Origin: Clostridiales bacterium | GTDB taxonomy: Bacteria > Bacillota > Clostridia > Christensenellales > CAG-138 | Length of the DNA: 64,000 bases | NCBI GenBank assembly: GCA_012838425.1 | Contig: DUPG01000021.1 | Span: 21,413-85,412, forward strand | Direction: 5' to 3' | Shown: positions 55,683 through 64,000 of the stretch, in pieces | Numbering within the stretch: the first letter of the stretch is position 1 | Layout: the number at the start of each line of letters is the position of its first letter | Notes under the pieces: model-generated | Seen by the model: the letters and a program-made list of their open reading frames with translations, nothing else | What the model was told of the DNA's origin: nothing | The model's database searches: none | Position numbers and translations under genes: made by a program

Positions 55683-56354
55683 TCACTTTGCGGGCGTAAT
55701 CAGCTTAAACTTATTTTTGTTAAACTCTATTAAGCCTTCATCACGCATTTTGCATAGCTCGTTTGACATAGCACTCCTATCAACGGATAAATAATCCGCA
55801 AGCTCCTGCCTGTTGAATGGAATAGAAAAGCTGTTGCTCATTGCGATCTCCGCCTGCTGACTGAGGTATGAAAGCAGCTTTTGGCGTGTAGTGCGTTTTG
55901 AGCAATGCTGAATCTTCGTCAATAGCTCGTCCGCCTTTTTTGCAAGCACTGCAAGCAGGTTTTGAATCAGCTTTGTGTGGAACTTGCAAGCTGTTGTGCA
56001 TACGGTTGTTACCTTTTGAACATTCATAAATAATACATAGGTCTTTTCAACCGCAACGACATTTACCTTCAGCTTCATAGCAGGGTTGCAGGCATATACC
56101 TCGCCAAATAGCTGAGGAGCGGTTACTGAGCTCAGAATGTTTCTGTTACCTAAATAGTCCTCTTCGATTATGTGAACATTTCCGCTCAACACCATGCCTA
56201 AGCTGCTCATAGTATCGCCTACATAAAATATGAAGTCGCCCTTATCATATGAAACTATTTTAGCGTTAAGGCAGTTAAGCATCATAAGTATATCGTCTTC
56301 CGCCATTCCATGAAAAAGCGGCGAGTTTTTTATTATGGGCAAATATTTTTCCAT
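55683..56354 (-). CDS. Crp/Fnr-family transcriptional regulator (HcpR-like by context)
   Basis: The ATG at 56354 (MEKYLPIIKNSPLFHGM) is preceded by GGAGGTTTTT. cNMP-binding-like beta-barrel plus a C-terminal HTH (RQELADYLSVDRSAMSNELCKM). Divergent from the hcp operon. Confidence 0.85.
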   Translation of the reverse strand: MEKYLPIIKNSPLFHGMAEDDILMMLNCLNAKIVSYDKGDFIFYVGDTMSSLGMVLSGNVHIIEEDYLGNRNILSSVTAPQLFGEVYACNPAMKLKVNVVAVEKTYVLFMNVQKVTTVCTTACKFHTKLIQNLLAVLAKKADELLTKIQHCSKRTTRQKLLSYLSQQAEIAMSNSFSIPFNRQELADYLSVDRSAMSNELCKMRDEGLIEFNKNKFKLITPAK

Positions 56355-56416
56355 AAAAACCTCCAAATTTTTTATATTCCGTTTGAAAAACAACGGAATT
56401 GTTATTTATATTATGC

Positions 56417-56431
56417 TACACTTTCAGTGTA
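56417..56431. promoter_or_regulatory. perfect inverted repeat in the regulator/hcp divergent intergenic region (candidate Crp/Fnr-type operator)
   Basis: TACACT-TTC-AGTGTA (6-3-6). Confidence 0.35.
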
Positions 56432-56464
56432 AAGTCAACAGCACTAAATGTTATTGAGAATATA

Positions 56465-56483
56465 TAGCATATATGATATGCTA
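56465..56483. promoter_or_regulatory. second perfect inverted repeat next to a possible -10
   Basis: TAGCATAT-ATG-ATATGCTA (8-3-8), overlapping TAAAAT at 56482-56487. Confidence 0.3.
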
Positions 56484-56510
56484 AAATATAGAATGAAAGG
56501 AAATACAAAA

Positions 56511-57230
56511 ATGATACGCAAAATCATCAAAATTGACGAAGAAAAGTGTAACGGTTGCGGCGCCTGCGTTACCGCCTGCCACGAGGGAGCAATAGGCATG
56601 GTAAACGGCAAGGCTAAGCTATTGCGCGATGACTACTGCGACGGTTTGGGCAACTGCCTGCCCGCCTGCCCCACAGGTGCAATATCTTTCGAAGAAAGAG
56701 AAGCCGCAGCATATGACGAAGCCGCAGTTCAAGCGAATATGCAAGCGAAGCAGCACAGCGGGCAGAGCACCGAAAACAAGCTGCCTTGCGGCTGCCCCGG
56801 CACTCATAGCAAGGTATTAGAACGCAAAGCGCATGAAAGCACAGAAGCAGTTAATGTGAATGTCGAGAGCAAATTAGCGCAATGGCCTGTTCAGATAAAG
56901 TTAGTTCCTGTGAACGCGCCATACTTCAAAAATGCCAAGCTGCTTATAGCGGCTGACTGCACAGCATACGCATATGGCAACTTCCACAACGAGTTTATGA
57001 AGGGTCATGTTACGATTATTGGCTGTCCTAAGCTTGATATGGTGGACTATACCGAAAAGCTCACCGAGATAATTAAGCACAACGACATTAAGAGTGTTAC
57101 AGTAGTGCGAATGGAAGTGCCTTGCTGCGGCGGTATCGAAAACGCTGTAAAGGCTGCATTGCAGAACAGCGGCAAGTTCATACCCTGGCAGGTTGTAACA
57201 GTAAGCACCGACGGAAGAATACTCGACTAA
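56511..57230 (+). CDS. 4Fe-4S dicluster ferredoxin-like protein co-transcribed with hcp
   Basis: The ATG at 56511 (MIRKIIKIDEEKCNGCGACVTAC...) follows AAAGGAAA. Two ferredoxin-type Cys motifs (CNGCGACVTAC; CDGLGNCLPACP) plus C-terminal Cys residues (PCCGG). Confidence 0.8.
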   Translation: MIRKIIKIDEEKCNGCGACVTACHEGAIGMVNGKAKLLRDDYCDGLGNCLPACPTGAISFEEREAAAYDEAAVQANMQAKQHSGQSTENKLPCGCPGTHSKVLERKAHESTEAVNVNVESKLAQWPVQIKLVPVNAPYFKNAKLLIAADCTAYAYGNFHNEFMKGHVTIIGCPKLDMVDYTEKLTEIIKHNDIKSVTVVRMEVPCCGGIENAVKAALQNSGKFIPWQVVTVSTDGRILD

Positions 57231-57274
57231 TGCTTCAAAGCCTGATGGCTTAAATAAAAATTTAAGGAGGAATT

Positions 57275-58858
57275 ATGGAAACTAATATGTTTTGCTATCA
57301 ATGCGAACAGACAGCAGGTTCGAAAGCCTGCATGGGAAGAGCGGGGGTATGCGGAAAGCAGTCAAGCACTGCTAACCTGCAAGACGAGCTCACAGGGGCA
57401 ATGATTAACTTAGCAAGGCTTGCTAAGGACAAGAATCCCGACCATAACACAGATAGGCTGATATTATCAGGGCTGTTTACGACTATAACAAATGTAAACT
57501 TCAATGACGAAACCGTAAAGCAGCTTATAAACGAAGTACACGCAGAAGCGCGCAAATACGGCTGCGAATGCAAGGGCGACGATTGTGAATACGATTACAA
57601 TATGCAGGATTTATGGAATGACAATGAGGACATTCGCTCGTTGAAGTCGCTGATACTGTTCGGCTTGCGCGGAATGGCCGCATACGCATATCACGCAATG
57701 GTCGCAGGATATACTGACGAGGTTGTAAACAGCTTCTTCTATGAAGGGCTTGCAGCAATTGGCTATGAGAGCAATGCTGATAAGCTGTTACCCTTAGTTC
57801 TGAAAACAGGCGAAGTGAACCTGCGCTGCATGGAGCTTCTTGACAAAGCGAATACAGAAACATTCGGCACGCCTGAGCCCGCAACAGTATCGTTGACAGT
57901 AGAAAAGGGACCTTTCATTGTAGTATCAGGACACGACTTGGTTGACCTGAAGCTTTTATTAGAGCAGACAAAGGATAAGGGAATCAATATATATACACAT
58001 GGCGAAATGCTGCCCGCGCATGGCTATCCGAAATTAAGGCAGTATCCGCACCTAAAAGGCAATTTCGGCACAGCATGGCAGAATCAGCAAAAGGAGTTCG
58101 ACAACATTCCCGGCGCTATACTCTTTACAACCAACTGCTTAATGCCCGTTAAGCCCTCATACGCAGACAGAGTTTTCACAACCGAGGTTGTATCGTATCC
58201 CGGCTTGGTTCACATAGGCGAGGATAAGGACTTCACGCCGGTTATCAACAAGGCGCTTGAGCTTGGCGGATACGACAAGGACATGGAGTTTACAGGCATA
58301 AACGGAGGCAATACCGTTATGACTGGCTTTGCGCACGGAACTGTGCTTTCGGTTGCTGATAAGGTTATAGATGCTGTGAAGCAGGGCGCAATTAAGCACT
58401 TCTTCTTGGTTGGCGGATGCGACGGCGCAAAGCCCGGAAGAAACTACTACACAGATTTTGTGAAGAAAACGCCCAAGGATACAGTGGTTCTAACGCTTGC
58501 TTGCGGCAAATACCGCTTCAATGATTTAGACATAGGCACAATAGGCGGTCTGCCGCGAATAATGGATATGGGTCAATGCAACGACGCGTATTCGGCAATT
58601 CGTGTAGCGGTTGCGTTAGCAGAAGCATTTGGCTGTGGTGTAAACGATCTGCCCTTGACATTAGTGCTTTCATGGTATGAGCAAAAGGCGGTTTGCATAC
58701 TGCTTACGCTGCTGTATCTTGGACTGAAAAACATATACTTAGGTCCAACACTGCCCGCGTTTGTATCACCTAACATATTGAAGTTCTTAGTTGAGAACTA
58801 CAATATTACGCCCATAAGCACTCCCGATGAGGATTTAGCAAAGATTTTAGGTAAGTAA
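57275..58858 (+). CDS. hcp: hybrid-cluster protein / hydroxylamine reductase
   Basis: 527 aa. N-terminal FCYQCEQT Cys motif. Conserved hybrid-cluster ligand regions (GHDL, LACGKYR, MGQCNDAYS). AAGGAGG RBS. Confidence 0.95.
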   Translation: METNMFCYQCEQTAGSKACMGRAGVCGKQSSTANLQDELTGAMINLARLAKDKNPDHNTDRLILSGLFTTITNVNFNDETVKQLINEVHAEARKYGCECKGDDCEYDYNMQDLWNDNEDIRSLKSLILFGLRGMAAYAYHAMVAGYTDEVVNSFFYEGLAAIGYESNADKLLPLVLKTGEVNLRCMELLDKANTETFGTPEPATVSLTVEKGPFIVVSGHDLVDLKLLLEQTKDKGINIYTHGEMLPAHGYPKLRQYPHLKGNFGTAWQNQQKEFDNIPGAILFTTNCLMPVKPSYADRVFTTEVVSYPGLVHIGEDKDFTPVINKALELGGYDKDMEFTGINGGNTVMTGFAHGTVLSVADKVIDAVKQGAIKHFFLVGGCDGAKPGRNYYTDFVKKTPKDTVVLTLACGKYRFNDLDIGTIGGLPRIMDMGQCNDAYSAIRVAVALAEAFGCGVNDLPLTLVLSWYEQKAVCILLTLLYLGLKNIYLGPTLPAFVSPNILKFLVENYNITPISTPDEDLAKILGK

Positions 58859-58876
58859 CACATATCTAACTAATAT

Positions 58877-58907
58877 AAGCCGCTTTCATGAGAGAGCGGC
58901 TTTTTTA
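58877..58907 (+). terminator. rho-independent terminator after hcp
   Basis: AAGCCGCT / AGCGGCTT stem followed by TTTTTTATT. Confidence 0.7.
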
Positions 58908-59007
58908 TTGCTTGAAAAAATGCCAAATGTGGGTTATGAGATAATATTACATGCCAAACGCACACTTTCGCATATAGCAGCTTGCAATACAGATTGCGAA
59001 GTTATAA

Positions 59008-59040
59008 GCAAACACAAAGCCGCCCGATTCAGAGCGGCTT
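59008..59040 (-). terminator. rho-independent terminator after the S8 protease gene
   Basis: AAGCCGC (59017-59023) / GCGGCTT (59034-59040). On the minus strand it is followed by TTTGTGTTTG. Confidence 0.55.
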
Positions 59041-59066
59041 ATGTATAGAGCAAATACTTGATAGCT

Positions 59067-62000
59067 TCAGCTTACATGTTTCAGAATAGCTGTGGCGTCG
59101 CCCGTGTTGATTACGCTGTCCTCATTGAAGTCTGCGACTGCTAACTGGCTATCATTCAAGGTAACAAGACCAGCGACATGGCGCAATACTAACACAGCGT
59201 CGCCCGCGTCAATCCTTCCGTCCTTGTTGATATCGCCTAACTCGGGAGACAGCACTTCATACATCGCAGTAATTACAGTATCTGACACTATGGGCGTTTT
59301 GTCGTAATCCCAGCCCACAAACTTGTATCCATCGTGCTCCGGCGGAAACGGGAAGTTCTTAATAATAGTTCCATGCGCTACTTCGGTTGTTTTAAGGATT
59401 TTTCCGTCAACCCCGTCAACGAACTTAACCTCGTATGTAACATACCTAAACTTAGCATATACATCGATATTCCTTGGCGGCATTGTCTGCGGCAGGCCTT
59501 CCCACTCTAAGAACACTTGCCCCTCATAAGGCGATTCGGGGTCCTCGGGCGGTACTATTGCTTCACCGACCGCATAGTCCTGCGTGGTGTATAACTCTTC
59601 ACCAACATAGTATGATACTGTGAAATACGGGCTTTCATCATTGTAGTATATAGCAAAATCGTCAACCATGATTATGTATTGGTCTGTAGATTCATAGTGA
59701 CGCAATGCGATATGCACTTTTTCGCCCGCATACTCGGTTAGGTTTATTACGCGCTCGCTCCATTCGGGGTCAAATATTTTCTCGGAGAATAAGAGCTCAT
59801 AGGTTGTATAGTCTGTGCCTGTACCGATATATATGGCGTATTTCTCCTTATAATAGCTCTTATCAGGCGCGCCGACAAAGTATGTCAACACTACCGACAT
59901 GGCGTCTTGGGGTATCTCTATTTCGGGAGATATAAGCCAGTTGTCTGGCGTTAACGCGCCTACATCATTTATATAAGATGATGAGTAGGCAACGCCCTTG
60001 CCATGATATGCTGTCAGGTCTGTTGTCTGATCCCAGCCATAGCCGTCACCATCTGCATCAACGAATGTCCAGCCAGTCGGAAACTTCTCAAAGCTCTCGC
60101 CGAACAACAGCTTACCATATGGAGAGGAGGTGTCGGGCAGCTTATACAGCCTTATTGTATCAAGCTTTAGGAAGAAACCGTCTGTGCAGTCATAGTGCCG
60201 CCATGCAAAGCGAACTGTCTTGCCTGCATAGTCGGCTAAATCTACGCTGTACTTGGTGTATTCCTTGCTTGTGAAGGGCTTTTCTGTAATAACAGACTTA
60301 AAGTCTTTATAATTCTGACCATCTAAGCCAATATAGAACCCGAACGCTTCGTCAGAATCAAGCGTTGACATATAGAACTCTAATGTATATTCACCGCCAT
60401 CGTCCTCAAGCTTTATGGGCTTGCTTATCAGCCAGTTATCCGGCGTCAAGGGCTTTTGAGCTGCATTATCGTATGAGGCTGAGCCTGCCCAATATTGACC
60501 CTTATGCGCTTCGTGCGGAGTGCTGTAAACGCCCCATTCAAAGCCGTCGCCATCAGCGTCTACTGTATCCCAATAATCGTATGTGCTTTCATTTTCCCAT
60601 GTTTCTTCCCATACGATTTCTCTATCGTCGGGCGCTTCATAGAAGGGGTTGCCGTCAATTTTTGTTACTACATTCTTGTCTAAATCGACCTTGTAGCCCT
60701 GACCATTGCCTGCGTAATCGGCACAGAACACATATACAACGCCGCTGTAGCCTGTAACGCTTGTTACCTTGTTGCGCTGTTGCTCGAATACGCCCATTGC
60801 CGCGTTCTCGGAGTACAGGTTCTTAAACTCGTTATCCGAATATACGCCTATATAGGCGACATAGTGCGAATCCTGAACATTTATAGTCTTATTGCTGCCT
60901 ATTGTGAGAACAGGCGCCACAGTATCGTATGTAACAGGTATTACCCACCTGCCCGACTCGTTGTTTTCGGGCTTGTAGTCCTCATGGTCTAACCATGTTT
61001 CTAATACTAAGTTTACGGTTTCGCCCTCGCTCATGCCCGCGGGGTTGAATTCGAATGAGAAATCGCAGTATGTATAGCCTGACAGGGTTACGAAGTCCTT
61101 GCGCCATGTGCGCTCGTTGGATTCGTACAATATATCGGTATGGTCTGAGTACTCAGCTTTCATATAAACCATTCTTGCGTTTCTCAGCAATGTGAAGGCG
61201 ATATAGTCTATATAGTCCTGAATACCGTCGTCATTAGGTGAGAATGCGCCCCAATCGGGATTGAACTCAACACCCTCCATGCTTTCTACATAGGGGTTCA
61301 AGCCTACCGCAACACCTCTGCCCTTGTCGCTGCCTATGTAGTTGTAATCTATGCCTGTACCGCTGTTCCAGTTAAATTCGCCTGTGGCGGCCTGCCAGTA
61401 GTATCCGCGGTCTAACATTGAAGCGTAATCCCAATCGCCTACAAAGCCTAAAAATGGGATAGACAATTCCGCGTCCAAGGTACCGTCGGAATACTTCTCG
61501 GGAACGAACTTCACAAAGCCTTCAAGATATGAGCCTGATGGGAAGTTCTTTGCGTAGAAGTCAAGCAGTGCATTTTTAGCAGCCATTTTTATCTCGATTG
61601 TCTTGCTCTTGCCTGCTTCGACTGTTACTTTTTCGGGAGCTGTTATATCGCAATCGGCCGTAACATCAATCGATTCGTTATTGGTTGCGATTATGTCTTT
61701 TCCGTCGTGCTCGCCTATTACTACGGGCTTATCAGCAAGCGCTAATACATCAATATTGTATGTGATAGCCTCATCGCCGAAATTGTTTATAATTACCTTG
61801 AAAGTCCATTCGCCCTTGTCGTTCTCGCCAAGCTCAAGCTTAGGACGGTCAACGCCCTCTACCGACAGATACGCATTCGTAACAGTTGCGCCTGCAAGGT
61901 TTAATAGACCTGCGCCCTGCTCGCGCACATTTTCATTATCCAATATTGTAGCTGTGCTCATTAAGATTGCGTTAACAACCTTTGCACGCTCGCTCGGTGT

Positions 62001-63800
62001 AAGTCCGGGCAGCTTATCCATTACATACTTGTTTACTATAGCCATAGCCGCCGCGACATGAGGCGACGACATTGAAGTGCCGTCCCATGTTTCATACGCG
62101 CTGTTGCCTTGGAAGCCCACTGCTGAGGTGATTGAACCGCCGGGAGCTGTGATTTCGGGCTTAATTAGCAAGTCTGCGGTTGTTCCTCTGCTTGAGAATG
62201 AGGATATGACATTCGCATTTGTCATATCCATAAACAGCTTGCTCTCAACTGTCAGCTTGCCATAGCCGTTTGCATCAGCCTTCTCTACCATTTTCTGACC
62301 CCATTGCTGCAATATAGACACAACAGGAACGGTAGATTCAACCGACATCAGCAGTATTCCATCAACATTGTTATAGATAATTACCGCTACAGCACCCGCA
62401 TCAACAGCATTCTTGGCCTTTTCGGTGAATGTGATCTCGCCGCGCTCTATAAGCGCAATTTTGCCGGACAGATCCTTGCCATCAAAATCTGCCTTTTTGC
62501 CTAATCCACAGAAAACATAGTCGTAATCGCCGCTTAACCTTGAAAAATCCTTATCTGTGCCCTCGAACGGGTCTGTATAGCCGAATTGCATATCGCCGCA
62601 AATAATCGAAGCTGCGGAAAGCATAGCGTTATCCGACGACGCGACGCTCAAGGGCAGCGAATATGTTGAGGGAGAACCTACTGTGCCGTAATCGGGGTTA
62701 GATGAAAGCTGATAGCCTTCCCACGCGTTGCCGTCGGCTGTGGTTCCCTCATTGCCTGCGGAGGCCGATACATTGATACCGGCGTTTACAAGCGTTTCGA
62801 ACACCTTGTCGAAAGAATCGTTAAAGTATTTTGAGAAGCCTGCGCCTGAGCCTAAGCTCATATTTATTGAATCTATGCCCAAGTAGGCGCAATCCTCCAA
62901 CGCCGCCATTACCTTTTCCCACGCTGTGCCGCCCTCTGCGGAGAACACCTGCATTACAACAAGCTGCGCGTCATAGGCAACGCCCTTGAAGTCCTTGCCG
63001 TTATTGCCTGCCGCTATAGCCGCAACATGCGTTCCATGATCGCTTGCAGTATGCTTGGGGTCGTAATTCTCGAACTGATAATCCCAGCCGAAAGGTATTT
63101 TGTCGCTTTTATACAGCTTATCAACCTCTTTGCCGGCGTGCATGAACTCGCCGTATTGATTCATAATCTGCTGCAGCTTATCCTTTGTTAACTTCAATGT
63201 AGAAGAATCGGGCATTACGGAAAACGCTTCGTGCGTGAGCAATATGCCTGTATCCAATATCGCTATTGCCGTACCCTCGCCCGTGTAGCCTAAGTCCCAT
63301 GCCGATAATGCGTTAACCAATGAAGTGCTCGCCGTCATTTTCGGTTCCGGAGCTTCGTATGTAGGCGCACGGAAAGCCCTCATTCCATTGATTGAGTTTA
63401 TTTGGGGAATGAGCTTGGCTTCACCCTTGAAAACAAAACCGTTGAAAAGAAGCGAATAATTATAGATCGGATTTACTTTTGCGCCTAACTTTTTCTCTAA
63501 TGATTTTTGCGCTGTTACCTGTTTTTTAAGCAGTTCCCTTTGATATGAAGCATTAGTGGTTTTCAGCTTGCCCGAAGCCTTCAATGCAGGCTCGTCAGAC
63601 AGCAATTCAACCACTATTGATACTATTTCATTATCTTCTGCCCCACCCTTGCTGTCGCTCAACAGCTCTTGCTTATGTATGCCCGCTTGGATACCATTGC
63701 TTATCAATACCTTCGCCGCAAATACGGTTGCGTATAAGCTCGAAAGCATAATCAGCATGGCTAATACATAAGCTAATATGCCTTGAACATGTTTTTTCAT
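59067..63800 (-). CDS. secreted S8 (subtilisin/lactocepin-C5a-peptidase-like) serine protease with PA insert, two gingipain-type adhesin (choice-of-anchor-J-like) modules, Listeria-Bacteroides-type repeats and a C-terminal type I dockerin
   Basis: The ATG at 63800 (MKKHVQGILAYVLAMLIMLSSLYATVFA signal) follows GGGGG. Catalytic triad contexts are AILDTGI, HGTHVAAIAAG and GTSMSSPHVAAA. The PA-like insert is GKIALIERGEITFTEKAKNAVDAGAVAVIIYNN. Duplicated DADGDG[FY].W ... LTPDNWLIS modules are present. YEVKFVDG...GYKFVGWD is the repeat. The dockerin is GDINKDGRIDAGDAVLVL / ADFNEDSVINTGDATAIL. Confidence 0.9.
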   Translation of the reverse strand: MKKHVQGILAYVLAMLIMLSSLYATVFAAKVLISNGIQAGIHKQELLSDSKGGAEDNEIVSIVVELLSDEPALKASGKLKTTNASYQRELLKKQVTAQKSLEKKLGAKVNPIYNYSLLFNGFVFKGEAKLIPQINSINGMRAFRAPTYEAPEPKMTASTSLVNALSAWDLGYTGEGTAIAILDTGILLTHEAFSVMPDSSTLKLTKDKLQQIMNQYGEFMHAGKEVDKLYKSDKIPFGWDYQFENYDPKHTASDHGTHVAAIAAGNNGKDFKGVAYDAQLVVMQVFSAEGGTAWEKVMAALEDCAYLGIDSINMSLGSGAGFSKYFNDSFDKVFETLVNAGINVSASAGNEGTTADGNAWEGYQLSSNPDYGTVGSPSTYSLPLSVASSDNAMLSAASIICGDMQFGYTDPFEGTDKDFSRLSGDYDYVFCGLGKKADFDGKDLSGKIALIERGEITFTEKAKNAVDAGAVAVIIYNNVDGILLMSVESTVPVVSILQQWGQKMVEKADANGYGKLTVESKLFMDMTNANVISSFSSRGTTADLLIKPEITAPGGSITSAVGFQGNSAYETWDGTSMSSPHVAAAMAIVNKYVMDKLPGLTPSERAKVVNAILMSTATILDNENVREQGAGLLNLAGATVTNAYLSVEGVDRPKLELGENDKGEWTFKVIINNFGDEAITYNIDVLALADKPVVIGEHDGKDIIATNNESIDVTADCDITAPEKVTVEAGKSKTIEIKMAAKNALLDFYAKNFPSGSYLEGFVKFVPEKYSDGTLDAELSIPFLGFVGDWDYASMLDRGYYWQAATGEFNWNSGTGIDYNYIGSDKGRGVAVGLNPYVESMEGVEFNPDWGAFSPNDDGIQDYIDYIAFTLLRNARMVYMKAEYSDHTDILYESNERTWRKDFVTLSGYTYCDFSFEFNPAGMSEGETVNLVLETWLDHEDYKPENNESGRWVIPVTYDTVAPVLTIGSNKTINVQDSHYVAYIGVYSDNEFKNLYSENAAMGVFEQQRNKVTSVTGYSGVVYVFCADYAGNGQGYKVDLDKNVVTKIDGNPFYEAPDDREIVWEETWENESTYDYWDTVDADGDGFEWGVYSTPHEAHKGQYWAGSASYDNAAQKPLTPDNWLISKPIKLEDDGGEYTLEFYMSTLDSDEAFGFYIGLDGQNYKDFKSVITEKPFTSKEYTKYSVDLADYAGKTVRFAWRHYDCTDGFFLKLDTIRLYKLPDTSSPYGKLLFGESFEKFPTGWTFVDADGDGYGWDQTTDLTAYHGKGVAYSSSYINDVGALTPDNWLISPEIEIPQDAMSVVLTYFVGAPDKSYYKEKYAIYIGTGTDYTTYELLFSEKIFDPEWSERVINLTEYAGEKVHIALRHYESTDQYIIMVDDFAIYYNDESPYFTVSYYVGEELYTTQDYAVGEAIVPPEDPESPYEGQVFLEWEGLPQTMPPRNIDVYAKFRYVTYEVKFVDGVDGKILKTTEVAHGTIIKNFPFPPEHDGYKFVGWDYDKTPIVSDTVITAMYEVLSPELGDINKDGRIDAGDAVLVLRHVAGLVTLNDSQLAVADFNEDSVINTGDATAILKHVS

Positions 63801-63864
63801 AACATTAACCCCCTTTGTATTACACGAAAAATCTCCCCCAAAAATTGAGAGTAAACGCAAGATT

Positions 63865-63893
63865 ATTATATCATTACGGTTATATTATATCAA
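63865..63893 (-). promoter_or_regulatory. candidate strong promoter for the S8 protease gene
   Basis: Minus strand reads TTGATA (63893-63888), 17-nt spacer, TATAAT (63870-63865), about 65 nt upstream of the ATG. Confidence 0.5.
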
Positions 63894-63929
63894 CTTGTAT
63901 TAAAATAATAAAAGTGTAAATTTGTTCAC

Positions 63930-63958
63930 TTTACATCTATGTATATTTTCTATATAAT
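63930..63958 (+). promoter_or_regulatory. candidate promoter for the gene starting at 63992
   Basis: TTTACA (63930-63935), 17-nt spacer, TATAAT (63953-63958). Confidence 0.35.
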
Positions 63959-63991
63959 AATTTAGAGCATATAATTTGGAGGGATATAGTA

Positions 63992-64000
63992 ATGAGAAAG
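63992..64000 (+). CDS. 5' end of an unidentified CDS running off the window (3 codons, MRK...)
   Basis: GGAGGG (63978-63983) lies 8 nt before the ATG at 63992. The product cannot be assessed. Confidence 0.3.

Noticed and set aside
1-64000. Window-wide scan for CRISPR arrays, IS/transposase/integrase genes, prophage blocks, toxin-antitoxin pairs and known defence genes
   Set aside because: No regularly spaced direct repeats were seen. No ORF has transposase, integrase or recombinase motifs, or restriction, Cas or abortive-infection-type motifs. Gene content and apparent composition look uniformly chromosomal.

Overview
By ORF content this is a chromosomal segment from an endospore-forming Firmicute of class Clostridia. 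That call rests on spoIVFA/spoIVFB, spmA/spmB, a CIRCE element, AddA, B. subtilis-type DnaB/DnaI loaders, and a dockerin-bearing protease that suggests a cohesin/dockerin surface system. I cannot name the species.

The window is dominated by tightly packed housekeeping genes:
- purA-purB
- carbamate kinase
- a PBP-dnaB(DnaD-like)-dnaI unit
- iorAB
- addA
- glgP
- trxA-lysS-greA region
- dnaX
- a seven-gene miaB-mutS-mutL-miaA-hfq-ynbB-nnr block with almost no intergenic space
- gdhA
- a Crp/Fnr(HcpR-like)/ferredoxin-like/hcp nitrosative-stress module

I found no rRNA, tRNA, CRISPR array, transposase, integrase or phage block, and no convincing multi-gene novel system such as a defence island.

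The parts most worth a second look are single-gene oddities:
1. A PurF paralogue whose glutaminase catalytic residues are all replaced, while the PRPP loop and Fe-S cysteines are kept.
2. An orphan prepilin-type protein fused to a ~460-aa GLUG/beta-helix domain, with no pilus machinery nearby.
3. A ~1577-aa S8 protease carrying gingipain-type adhesin (choice-of-anchor-J-like) modules and a C-terminal dockerin.
4. A zinc-ribbon/polyacidic/TM/Ig-like membrane protein translationally coupled to a 90-aa ORF.
5. A perfect CIRCE operator in front of hsp20.
6. addA without an adjacent addB.

All functional calls come from motif recognition by eye in the supplied translations. No database search was run.
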